A stretch of DNA of 51,535 nucleotides. It comes from Candidatus Micrarchaeota archaeon (GTDB lineage: Archaea > Micrarchaeota > Micrarchaeia > Norongarragalinales > UBA8480). Of this stretch, positions 8,420 through 17,615 are shown one piece after another (positions within the stretch are counted from its first letter, which is position 1; each line of letters opens with the position of its first letter). Under the pieces are notes generated by a model. That model was not told where the DNA came from. It saw only the letters and a program-made list of their open reading frames with translations, and made no database searches. The translations under genes and the position numbers were made by a program. Where the stretch lies: assembly GCA_964514805.1 (NCBI GenBank), contig CAZERP010000001.1, positions 5,967 through 57,501 of the forward strand, given 5' to 3'.

Positions 8420-9592
8420 ATGAACGCGAAATTGCTTTGGGTTATTGACCCAAAAGATGAAATTGAGCTAAAAAAAGCTAAAATTGCAATTCCAGCAGAC
8501 GCGCTAATAATAGATTATGAAAAATTAAAGGAAAACTTTGACCCTGTTTTCACCGCGTTTAAGAAAGGTAAATATGATGGAATAGTTTATTCGCGCAATG
8601 AACAAATAAGTGGAGTAAAAATTGGAAATATTCACGGCTTTCTTAAAACTGGTTATACTTCGTTTAGTGCAATTGACCCCGAAAGTAAGTTACAAATGCC
8701 ATTAAGCGCAATAGATTTTGTCCACAAGGGCGAAGTTGTAATAAAAGCTAAAGAAGTGTCAAGCAAAAATTCTGATTTTACCTATAGTTTGATTTTTGAT
8801 TTAGAACAAATAGGTGGCGCAAAGTTTGGCCTTCCAAGAATACTTAAACTATTAGGCGAGTATAACGTACCCGCGACGTTTTTTACTACTAACATTGTTT
8901 TTGAGACATACTCTGGTCTTAAAGAAAGTATTGAAAAGTTAGGGCATGAAGTGGGCTTACATGGTTTGTATCATGAAGATTTAACTCTTCAAAGCGCCAA
9001 AGAACAATCTGAGTCCATTAAAGAAATGATTTTACTAAACAAAAATAACCAAAGCATCAAGGGCGCTAATTTTATGGGCCGGTTAAATCAAGATACTATT
9101 GGCGCCATGGCTGAAAATGGTTTAGATTATTTTGCTTTTTCTTTAAAAAATAACAACAAAAAGTTATCCGTTTACACTGAGCCTATTTTATTTGAAGGCA
9201 ATAATGGGCTAACAATTACTGGAATTCCTGTTTTTGCAGAAACTTACAACCGAAACGTAGAATCTACGATTAGAGCAATAGAAAATACATACTCGTTTAA
9301 GCAAACAAAACACGTAACTGTGCTACTTCACCCATTTAGAGATGGTAGTTTAGAAAGAATCAAAGAACTAGAAGAATTAATCAAATACTTCCAAAACAAA
9401 AACGCAACTGCACTAACGTTAAAACACGTGAAAAAAACAAACACAAAAACGAATAAAACTAAAGTAGCACATTTGAGGTTTGCAAGCAAAGGCGTATTTA
9501 ACTACGTGATTGATAGACTATATAACAACTGGCAAATCAAAAAAGCAGCTAAAAATAAAGAAAAAGGAATAGAAACTCATTTCAAAATATAA
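8420..9592 (+). CDS. polysaccharide deacetylase (CE4/NodB domain) with unknown ~130-aa N-terminal domain
   Basis: NVPATFFTTNIVFE and GHEVGLHGLYHED are NodB-type motifs in the central part of a 390-aa protein. Confidence 0.8.
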   Translation: MNAKLLWVIDPKDEIELKKAKIAIPADALIIDYEKLKENFDPVFTAFKKGKYDGIVYSRNEQISGVKIGNIHGFLKTGYTSFSAIDPESKLQMPLSAIDFVHKGEVVIKAKEVSSKNSDFTYSLIFDLEQIGGAKFGLPRILKLLGEYNVPATFFTTNIVFETYSGLKESIEKLGHEVGLHGLYHEDLTLQSAKEQSESIKEMILLNKNNQSIKGANFMGRLNQDTIGAMAENGLDYFAFSLKNNNKKLSVYTEPILFEGNNGLTITGIPVFAETYNRNVESTIRAIENTYSFKQTKHVTVLLHPFRDGSLERIKELEELIKYFQNKNATALTLKHVKKTNTKTNKTKVAHLRFASKGVFNYVIDRLYNNWQIKKAAKNKEKGIETHFKI

Positions 9593-9613
9593 CCCGAAGG
9601 TTGAACTTAACTT

Positions 9614-11098
9614 ATTTCAAAATCAATTAACTTAATTGCAAAAAGCGCAGGCATCGCGTTCATAGGCATAGCGTTATCCAAACTTTTCACCTACATTTGG
9701 AGACTAGTACTAGCCAGATACGGCCCAGAAGCATATGGCTTAATTTCAATAGCACTATCCGTAGTCATCATACTTGCAAGTATTTCAAGACTAGGTTTTA
9801 ACGCGGGAATAGAGCGCTTTGTTTCATATTACTCGGCCAATAATGACTCGGAAAAACGAGCGGCTACGTTCAAATTAGCACTCAAAATATCATTTGTAAT
9901 AGCTACTATACTTAGTATACTGCTTATTGTTTGCGCTAATTTCATTGCAAATAACGTATTCCATAAACCCGAAGTTACAATTATACTACAAATAATGGCA
10001 CTTGCAATACCCGCCATAGTACTAACTGAATTATACGCATCTGCGTTTAGAGGAATACAAAAACTCCAATACATCGTACTTACCCAAAATGTACTAGACA
10101 GCATATTTAAGATCGCAACCGCGGCAATTCCAATAGCAATAGGTTTTGGAATGATCGCACTAGCTGGCGGTTACGTAGCAGCAGTTTACTTTACTCTACT
10201 AACAATAGCCTTCGCACTTCAAAAATACGGATTCAAAATCACAGGTAAAACAGACAAAGCAGACAAGAGCATAATTTCATACTCCTTACCACTTGCATTA
10301 GCTTCAACAATAGTAACCGTAGTTCCCTTACTTGATGTTTTTATTCTTGGAATATTCAAAACCGCAGCCGAAGTAGGAATCTATAACGTCGCAGTACCAA
10401 GCGCATCACTACTCCTAATAGTACCAACTGCAATCTTTTCACTATTCTTATCACTAACCACAGACAAGTACGCTAAAAAAGACAACACTGCAATCAAAGA
10501 AATATACACCGCTGCATCCAAATGGACTTTTCTAATCAACCTACCAATACTATTATTCTTCGTCTTTTTTGCCCCCCAATTCCTATATAACTTATTTGGC
10601 GCCGAATACGCACAAGCAAGTACCGCGCTCGCAATTCTTGCCGCAGGAAACTTCATATTCTCATTCTTCTGGGCGAGCATATTCTTACTACAAATGGTCG
10701 AAAAAACTAAAGAAATCATGTACTTATCAATAATCAACTTAGTAAGCAGCGTAGCACTAAACGTAATGCTAATACCCTTAATCGGAATTAATGGCGCGGC
10801 AATTGCAACTGCATTTTCAATGTCAATATACGGCTTACTATCTTTTGGACTAGCTCAAAAATACGTAAAAGAACTGCCACTAGACAAAAAAACAATCACA
10901 TTCGGACTAGCCTCATTTGTATTCATGCTAATCTTTAGCCTAGCCGCCCAAAACCTACACATGCGACTAATAGAAATAATAGCAAGCTATGCAGTAATTT
11001 CACTAATATACTTACTCCTCTTATTTAAGCTCGGAATACTAGGCGAAACTGAAAAATCATTCATAAACGCCCTACGAGCAAGACTTTATAATAAATAA
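9614..11098 (+). CDS. Wzx-type oligosaccharide flippase (MOP superfamily); start codon non-canonical or lost
   Basis: The frame is open from 9611. The stretch 9611-9994 encodes LIAKSAGIAFIGIALSKLFTYIWRLVLARYGPEAYGLISIALSVV..., a classic Wzx N-terminus. That stretch has no in-frame ATG/GTG/TTG, and the first ATG is at 9995. ATT 9614 is proposed as the start, with GAAGGT 12-13 nt upstream. Confidence 0.75.
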   Translation: MSKSINLIAKSAGIAFIGIALSKLFTYIWRLVLARYGPEAYGLISIALSVVIILASISRLGFNAGIERFVSYYSANNDSEKRAATFKLALKISFVIATILSILLIVCANFIANNVFHKPEVTIILQIMALAIPAIVLTELYASAFRGIQKLQYIVLTQNVLDSIFKIATAAIPIAIGFGMIALAGGYVAAVYFTLLTIAFALQKYGFKITGKTDKADKSIISYSLPLALASTIVTVVPLLDVFILGIFKTAAEVGIYNVAVPSASLLLIVPTAIFSLFLSLTTDKYAKKDNTAIKEIYTAASKWTFLINLPILLFFVFFAPQFLYNLFGAEYAQASTALAILAAGNFIFSFFWASIFLLQMVEKTKEIMYLSIINLVSSVALNVMLIPLIGINGAAIATAFSMSIYGLLSFGLAQKYVKELPLDKKTITFGLASFVFMLIFSLAAQNLHMRLIEIIASYAVISLIYLLLLFKLGILGETEKSFINALRARLYNK

Positions 11099-11185
11099 GG
11101 CCTTAAAAAACTAATAAAACAACAAAAAGAATTTTTTACTAAGAAACTAATTTTTTTTTAAATAAATTAAAAAGTTGAACTATAT

Positions 11186-12013
11186 ATGACACACAAAGTT
11201 ATTGAAGGCGAAAACGACGACTTAAAAAAAGACGTTAAAAGTTTCTGGAACAGCTCAGTATGCGGAACATTTCTCGCAAAAAACGACCCAGAAACGGCAG
11301 AATACTTCAGAGAAATCGAAGACCTAAGATACGAAAAATACCCCTACGCATACGGCTACTTAAAGAAAAAAGCCGGCTTTGACAAATACGCAGGCAAAAA
11401 AGTACTAGAAATTGGATGCGGAGCAGGAACCGACCTTAGTCAATTCGCAAGAAACGGCGCATTAACAACGGGAGTTGACTTAACTGAATCAGCAATCGAC
11501 GTCACCAGAAAAAGATTCCAAGTCCTAGGACTAAAAGGAGACTTCAAAGTAGCAGACGCAGAAAACCTACCATTCAAAGACAACGAATTTGACCTAGTAT
11601 ACTCATTTGGAGTACTACACCACACGCCAAACACACAAAAAACAATAGACGAAGTATACCGCGTACTACAACCAGGCGGCAAAACCTTCATCATGCTATA
11701 CTACACCTACTCATTCGAATACCTAACACTCATACTACGCAAACTAATCCACCCAGACCGCTGGAAATGGAGCGTACAAGAAGCAGTAAACTACGAAACC
11801 GAAATGAACAAAAAAGTAGGCGGCAAAACCAACCCACTAACCAAAACATACTCCAAACAACAAGCCAAAAAGATGTTTAGTAAGTTTAAAAACGTTAAAC
11901 TATCCGTAGAATGGATAAGAGTACCAATAATAGGCGGCCACGTCCCCGAAGTAGTAACCAAACCGTTCTCAAAAGTAATCGGCTGGCACCTAATCATCGA
12001 AGCAACCAAATAA
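11186..12013 (+). CDS. class I SAM-dependent methyltransferase
   Basis: Motifs VLEIGCGAGTDL, DLVYSFGVLHH and LQPGGKTFI. Confidence 0.85.
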   Translation: MTHKVIEGENDDLKKDVKSFWNSSVCGTFLAKNDPETAEYFREIEDLRYEKYPYAYGYLKKKAGFDKYAGKKVLEIGCGAGTDLSQFARNGALTTGVDLTESAIDVTRKRFQVLGLKGDFKVADAENLPFKDNEFDLVYSFGVLHHTPNTQKTIDEVYRVLQPGGKTFIMLYYTYSFEYLTLILRKLIHPDRWKWSVQEAVNYETEMNKKVGGKTNPLTKTYSKQQAKKMFSKFKNVKLSVEWIRVPIIGGHVPEVVTKPFSKVIGWHLIIEATK

Positions 12014-12043
12014 ACGCGTACTTAAGGAGATTGACTAGAGAAT

Positions 12044-12778
12044 ATGAAAGCAGTTATACTATGCGCCGGACAAGGCAAAAGATTACTCGAACTAACCGCA
12101 GAAACTCCAAAGGTCCTACTAACCGTGCAAGGAAAAACCATACTAGAATGGTCACTTGACAACGTAATTGCCAATGGGATTAAAGACATTGCATTAGTAG
12201 TCGGCTTTCAAGAAGAAAAAATAGTCAAAAAGATCGGAAACGAATACAAAGGCGCAAAAATCACTTACATTTCAAACCCATTATACAACTTTACAAACAA
12301 TTTATTCTCAGTTTGGCTTTGCCACGAATTTAGAAAAGACGGTTTCATCTTAATCAACGGAGACGATCTTTACGACAAACAACTAATTACCGACTTAATT
12401 AAAAGCGAATACAAAGACGCAGCCGTAGTTGACCTAAGTAAAACAGACTTACCCGAGGATGCAATGAAAGCTACAATTACAAACAACAAACTAACTGAAG
12501 TAAGTAAAGTAATCCCAAGAGAAAGAATAAGCGGAGACGCAATGGGAATATACAAATTCTCAAAAGAAGGCGCAGCAGCTTTCTTTAAGACACTTAAAAC
12601 ATTTTTAACAAACGGCCAACACACTACCTGGTACTTAGCCGCACTTAACAACATGGTTAAGACATACGACTTTTACATCGTACCAACTAATGGACACTTC
12701 TGGTGCGAAGTAGATGATGTAGTAGACTATAACGCCGCGCAAGAAAAAATGGCCGCGTACCTAAAAACTAAGAAGTAA
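12044..12778 (+). CDS. LicC/PntC-like phospho-alcohol (or phosphonate) cytidylyltransferase
   Basis: MKAVILCAGQGKRL, NPLYNFTNNLFSVWL, SGDAMGIYKF and WYLAALNNMV...CEVDDVVDY run parallel to the S. pneumoniae LicC layout (recalled, not searched). Confidence 0.75.
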   Translation: MKAVILCAGQGKRLLELTAETPKVLLTVQGKTILEWSLDNVIANGIKDIALVVGFQEEKIVKKIGNEYKGAKITYISNPLYNFTNNLFSVWLCHEFRKDGFILINGDDLYDKQLITDLIKSEYKDAAVVDLSKTDLPEDAMKATITNNKLTEVSKVIPRERISGDAMGIYKFSKEGAAAFFKTLKTFLTNGQHTTWYLAALNNMVKTYDFYIVPTNGHFWCEVDDVVDYNAAQEKMAAYLKTKK

Positions 12779-12783
12779 ACTTT

Positions 12784-14577
12784 ATGTGCGGAATTTGTGG
12801 TTTTAACTGGCAAGACGAATCGCTAGTTAAACAAATTGCAAAGTCAATCGAGCACCGCGGGCCAGACCAAAGCGGCTTTTACACTAACCCATACGTTTCA
12901 CTAGGCCACAGGCGGCTTAAAATTTTAGACTTAAGCGAAAAAGGCATAAACCCCATGTCGAATAAAAAAGGGGACTTACAACTAATTTTTAACGGTGAAA
13001 TTTACAACTACAAACCGCTCCGCGCAGAACTTGAAAAAAAAGGCTACAAGTTCAAAAGCGAAACAGATACTGAAGTAATTCTTTACTTATATGAAGAAAA
13101 AGGCGCTAAATGTGTTGAATACTTAGAGGGAATGTTTGCTTTTGCTATATGGAGTGATAAAACTAAGACTCTCTTTCTTGCAACCGATCACGCAGGAATA
13201 AAGCCTATATATTATTACTTTGAAAATGGGAAATTTGTATTCGGATCTGAAATTAAATGCCTTCTAACTTCCGGAATTTCTAGTAAAATTAATTTAAGTT
13301 CACTTGTAGACATGCTTGAAAACTTACACGTGCACCCGGGCGAAACCCTTATTGAAAACGTTAAACGACTACAAGGCGGAAACTACCTACTTTACAACGC
13401 TAAAGAAAAGACTCTAACTGTAAACAGGTACTGGAAAGCTAAATACGCCCCCGTACAATACAGCGAAGATACCGCACTTGAAATGCTAGACAAAGTGATG
13501 AAAAAGTCAGTAGAATCATCCCTTGCAAGCGACGTACCCCTATCAATAGCACTTTCTGGCGGCATAGATTCAAGTCTAGTTGCTAGCTACGCGCTAAACG
13601 TAAACCCTGACATCAAAACATTTACGGTTGGTTTTGGAAGCGAAAAAGACGAGTTCAAAACCGCAAGCGTCATAGCTAAAGCACTTAACTCTAATCATTC
13701 TGAAATGATGATTAGTTTTAAAGATTCAAGCAAATATTTACAGGAAATAGTATGGCACTTGGAAACGCCCCCAACAAGAACCGCAGTACTACCAACGTTT
13801 CTATTTTCTAAAAAAGTAAAAGAAAGATCAACCGTTGTACTTCTAGGCGAAGGTGGAGATGAACTCTTTGCCGGCTACGAAAGACACGCGGTTTTTGAAA
13901 GTAAAAACTATGAACAAGCACACGGTTCACTTAAAGAGACGTTCTTTAAGAACGGATACGGAAAATACTTCGACGTAAAAGGAGCTAAAGCACACGAAAT
14001 TAACTGGCAACAATACACGACAAAAGACAGCATCAATTCGGCGTTACTCTACGAGTTTGAAAATCAAATGCCAGAAGTTCAATTAAACAGAGTAGATAAA
14101 CTCACAATGGCCGCTTCAATTGAAGCAAGAGTCCCATTCCTAAATAAGACCGTAATAGACGCGGCATTTACAATTCCAGGAAGTTTAAAAGTCAAACAAG
14201 GACAAAGTAAATACATTTTAAGAAAACTAGCGCAAACCAGAGGCATTCCTCGAGAAGTTACGCAAATGCCTAAAGTTGGCCTACAAGCTCCATTAGATGA
14301 CTGGTTTAAACAAGAATTTATGGAACTAGTACCCAGTATTTTATCTAAAGAAAACTTACGACAAACAGGAATAGTGACTGGCGAAGTTCAAAGCGCGCTT
14401 ACTAAAAGCAAAGTACTAAACAAATTTATACCCGAAATTGAAAAACTATACTCTAGTTCACTAACACAAAAAGCTAAGAATTACTACTTGGGCCGAATAT
14501 GGTTTACTTCAATGTTTGTACTATGGCACCAAATATTTATTGAAACTAAAGGAGAAAAACCTAAAACTATTTTTTAG
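12784..14577 (+). CDS. asnB: asparagine synthase (glutamine-hydrolysing) family amidotransferase
   Basis: N-terminal nucleophile MCGICGF, PP-loop LSGGIDSS and LLGEGGDELFAGY; 597 aa. Confidence 0.9.
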   Translation: MCGICGFNWQDESLVKQIAKSIEHRGPDQSGFYTNPYVSLGHRRLKILDLSEKGINPMSNKKGDLQLIFNGEIYNYKPLRAELEKKGYKFKSETDTEVILYLYEEKGAKCVEYLEGMFAFAIWSDKTKTLFLATDHAGIKPIYYYFENGKFVFGSEIKCLLTSGISSKINLSSLVDMLENLHVHPGETLIENVKRLQGGNYLLYNAKEKTLTVNRYWKAKYAPVQYSEDTALEMLDKVMKKSVESSLASDVPLSIALSGGIDSSLVASYALNVNPDIKTFTVGFGSEKDEFKTASVIAKALNSNHSEMMISFKDSSKYLQEIVWHLETPPTRTAVLPTFLFSKKVKERSTVVLLGEGGDELFAGYERHAVFESKNYEQAHGSLKETFFKNGYGKYFDVKGAKAHEINWQQYTTKDSINSALLYEFENQMPEVQLNRVDKLTMAASIEARVPFLNKTVIDAAFTIPGSLKVKQGQSKYILRKLAQTRGIPREVTQMPKVGLQAPLDDWFKQEFMELVPSILSKENLRQTGIVTGEVQSALTKSKVLNKFIPEIEKLYSSSLTQKAKNYYLGRIWFTSMFVLWHQIFIETKGEKPKTIF

Positions 14578-15220
14578 AGTGTAGCTTGAAGGTTCTTGCT
14601 ATCCAAAGTCCATTAGTCCACACTGCAAATATTCCTAGAACTACTAGCGGCGCGTTTACAATCCACCCTAAGCAAATTACTAGCATTTGTAAACCAGGGC
14701 TAAAGCCAGTAAATACTCGCACTATACTTAGTTTACTTTGAACAACGGGCGCCGCGTTGTTTTCTTTTTGAAATACAAGTTGAGCATATTGGTATGAAAA
14801 GTTTGTAATGTTAAATCCAATAACCGCAGCAAAACCTAAGACGAGTGCAAATGGCGTGTTTACATTTAGAGCCGCGATTGTTAAACCGGCAAGCGCAAAA
14901 CTTGTAACTACAGTGTCAACTAGTCCATCGAACCACTTGCCAAAAGGACTTGCAATACCCTTAAGGCGAGCAAGTTCACCATCTACGCAGTCAAAAACTA
15001 AGTAAAAATAGTAAAGCAAAGCAGCAGCCACTCGGTATTCAAATTGCGAGTGCAAAACGAACATAAGCGCAGCAGCAAGGCCTAGTATCATTGAAAATAG
15101 AGATACTTGATTAGGCGTTACGAATGTTTTTGCAAGAAGCGGAGAAATCCGCGTAGAAACTGGACGAATTATAACTAAATTAAGTGGGTCACTAGCCGGC
15201 TTTAAAATTTTCTTATCCAT
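14567..15220 (-). CDS. CDP-alcohol phosphatidyltransferase family protein
   Basis: Perfect D-G-x2-A-R-x8-G-x3-D-x3-D signature in DCVDGELARLKGIASPFGKWFDGLVD. Multi-TM protein. Confidence 0.85.
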   Translation of the reverse strand: MDKKILKPASDPLNLVIIRPVSTRISPLLAKTFVTPNQVSLFSMILGLAAALMFVLHSQFEYRVAAALLYYFYLVFDCVDGELARLKGIASPFGKWFDGLVDTVVTSFALAGLTIAALNVNTPFALVLGFAAVIGFNITNFSYQYAQLVFQKENNAAPVVQSKLSIVRVFTGFSPGLQMLVICLGWIVNAPLVVLGIFAVWTNGLWIARTFKLHSKK

Positions 15221-15324
15221 GATTTAAACAAATCCCAATAAACATTTAGAAACTTAACCTTCTAATAGGTTTTGCAGAATGCACGTAAACCATATAAAAA
15301 GAATAAAACACTAGAAAAATAGTT

Positions 15325-16434
15325 ATGAAAGTTTTGTATGTTTTTGACGTTAAGGGTCATCTTGGTGATGCTATTCGGATTAATGGCATTTTAGAGAAGT
15401 TGCGGGCCGTGGCGCAAGTTGAAACTTTGAATTTTAAGGATTATTATGGCGATGGCAAGGTGTGGAGTAATTACACCTACGCGCCAAGTCTGCTAGTCGC
15501 AGCTGCTTTTAATCCACAAGTATTCAAACACGCGGCGTACAGTAAATTGTGCGCTAAGATAATTGAAACCAAGATCAAAGCCGCGAAACCTGATTTTGTT
15601 TGGTGCGAAGGAATAGTACAAGCCGGCGCAATAGCGGATACGTGCAAAAAGTTAGGAGTAAAACTAGTAACCGATGTGCATGGTCTTGCAAGCGCAGAAT
15701 ACATAGAAAACAAGTTCATACCACATTCACAAGCAAGGTATAACTACTTATTAAAACTTGAAAAAAACGCGGCGCAAAAAAGTGAGTACATAACTACTGT
15801 TGCCAATCCTATGAATGATTACTTCGAAAAGTTAGGTGTTGATAAGAAAAAATTAGTCGCGTTACCAAACGGCGCCACGCTACACACTAAACTTGCGACC
15901 TACGAAGAGCCAATGAAAGCCATTTATGGCGGGATATTTGCTTTTTGGGAAGATATTGACTCATTTATAGACGCTGCCAAAATAGACCATAATCACAAGT
16001 ACATTCTTGCCGGCGCAGGTCCACTAAAAGATCACGTGGAAAATCGAGTCAAAACAGAAAACGTGCCACTAGAATACCTAGGAAGAGTACCTAAAGAGAA
16101 AATTATGGATACTTTTGCAAGCGCCCAAATAGGAATCGCTCCATCCGTCGACGCAGTTACACGTAGAGTCGCGTGCCCAATTAAAGTATTTGACTACTTA
16201 GCATGCGGTCTTCCTGTAATAACTCCCGATTTTGGAGAATGGGCCACTGTAATAAAGCAAAACAAATGCGGAATAGTAACAAGTGAATCTACAGGCGTGG
16301 CATTTAGAGATGCTATGAATGAAATTGATGAAGATGCCTGGAGTAAAATGTCTAAGAACGCAGTTAGTTTGATTAAAAGTAAGTGGAATTGGGACGTTTT
16401 GCTTGAACCAGTTAAAAATATCGTTAAGGATTAG
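15325..16434 (+). CDS. glycosyltransferase, GT-B fold (GT4-like)
   Basis: 369 aa. The C-terminal half (IKVFDYLACGLPVITPDFGEWATVI) resembles the Glycos_transf_1 nucleotide-sugar-binding domain. Confidence 0.75.
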   Translation: MKVLYVFDVKGHLGDAIRINGILEKLRAVAQVETLNFKDYYGDGKVWSNYTYAPSLLVAAAFNPQVFKHAAYSKLCAKIIETKIKAAKPDFVWCEGIVQAGAIADTCKKLGVKLVTDVHGLASAEYIENKFIPHSQARYNYLLKLEKNAAQKSEYITTVANPMNDYFEKLGVDKKKLVALPNGATLHTKLATYEEPMKAIYGGIFAFWEDIDSFIDAAKIDHNHKYILAGAGPLKDHVENRVKTENVPLEYLGRVPKEKIMDTFASAQIGIAPSVDAVTRRVACPIKVFDYLACGLPVITPDFGEWATVIKQNKCGIVTSESTGVAFRDAMNEIDEDAWSKMSKNAVSLIKSKWNWDVLLEPVKNIVKD

Positions 16435-17537
16435 AGTTCTTTTTCTAACACGTCTAAAATTTTAACGCTAGAGTTTAACACGTAAGGTATTTTCCAGTTC
16501 TTTTTAGATTTCATTGCTTTATCAAAAGCGCCTTTCATATTATCTAAGTCGGTTTTGCCAATGAAATTACCGCCCGCAATTACAGTTTCTGGCCTATCAG
16601 TTGTAAGTCTTATTGTAACGCATGGTGTTTTGACTACGCAAGTTTCTTCTTGAACTCCGCCAGAGTCAGTTACTACTACTTTAGCGTTTGTTTCTAGTGC
16701 TAAAAATTCTAAATATCCAATTGGATCTGCAAGAATTGCTTTGGGCGTAATGTCAAATTCGGCAAGTTTTTTAACTGTGCGAGGGTGAATTGGCCAAAGT
16801 ACTTTTAAGTCGTATTTTGTTGAAATGTAGTCTATTAGTTGACATAAGTTTTGTAAGAACTTTTCATTGTCAACGTTTTCTGCTCTGTGCGCAGTGAGTA
16901 GTATGAATTTGTCTTTTTGAACGCCATATTTTGATAGTACAGTTTGTTCGTTTTTCTTTGCTATTTCTAAGTTTTGAAGCGTAGCGTCGACAACTGTATT
17001 ACCTACGTTGTAGAGTTTAGCTTTTCCACTCCCTTCATTTGTAATATATGTGTGTACGCCAATGCCTTCTGATTTTAAGTTATCCATTGCAATATCAGTT
17101 GGCGCGAATAGAAAAGTACTGATATGATCTGCAAGTATCCTGTTGTATTCTTCTGGCATTCTTCGATCTTGTGACCTTAGCCCTGCTTCCACGTGTACTA
17201 CTTTGATTCCTAGTTTACACGCTGCAAGCGCTCCGGATAGAACAGTGTTTGTATCCCCTTGTACGATTAGCGCGTTTGGGTTTTCGTTTTGTAATATTTG
17301 TTCTATTTGGACTAGCATTTTGCTTGTTTGCGCGCCATGTGAACCAGAACCCGCGTTTAGGTTATAGTTAGGCGCAGGGAGGTGCAATTCTTCGAAGAAG
17401 ATTTTGTCCATTTCGTATGAGTAGTGTTGGTTTGTGTGGATTACGAAAAAGTTTATTTTTCTTTTTTGAAACTCACGTATGACTGGAGATAGTTTTATTA
17501 TTTCTGGTCTAGTTCCGAGTAAAATTGCGACTTTCAT
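16431..17537 (-). CDS. wecB: UDP-N-acetylglucosamine 2-epimerase (non-hydrolysing; WecB/WbpI-like)
   Basis: Motifs GTRPEIIKLSPV, VQGDTNTVL, HVEAGLRS and DSGGVQEE. Start set at ATG 17537 (MKVAILLG); ORF-track 17549 is a TTG. Confidence 0.9.
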   Translation of the reverse strand: MKVAILLGTRPEIIKLSPVIREFQKRKINFFVIHTNQHYSYEMDKIFFEELHLPAPNYNLNAGSGSHGAQTSKMLVQIEQILQNENPNALIVQGDTNTVLSGALAACKLGIKVVHVEAGLRSQDRRMPEEYNRILADHISTFLFAPTDIAMDNLKSEGIGVHTYITNEGSGKAKLYNVGNTVVDATLQNLEIAKKNEQTVLSKYGVQKDKFILLTAHRAENVDNEKFLQNLCQLIDYISTKYDLKVLWPIHPRTVKKLAEFDITPKAILADPIGYLEFLALETNAKVVVTDSGGVQEETCVVKTPCVTIRLTTDRPETVIAGGNFIGKTDLDNMKGAFDKAMKSKKNWKIPYVLNSSVKILDVLEKEL

Positions 17538-17615
17538 AAGGTTAACCAATTGTAGTAAATATTACCGTATTTAAAAGAAAGAAACTCTTAAATTTAATAC
17601 GATTACCTTAGAATT

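Noticed and set aside
9829-10104. 91-aa minus-strand ORF in the apparently non-coding region upstream of the 9995 ATG
   Set aside because: The plus-strand frame there encodes a textbook Wzx N-terminus, so the region is coding on the plus strand.
11911-12159. 82-aa Arg-rich plus-strand ORF bridging the methyltransferase 3-prime end and the cytidylyltransferase 5-prime end
   Set aside because: It is an out-of-frame overlap with two well-supported genes. The extreme Arg/Asn/Thr composition is typical of an off-frame reading of A/C-rich sequence.
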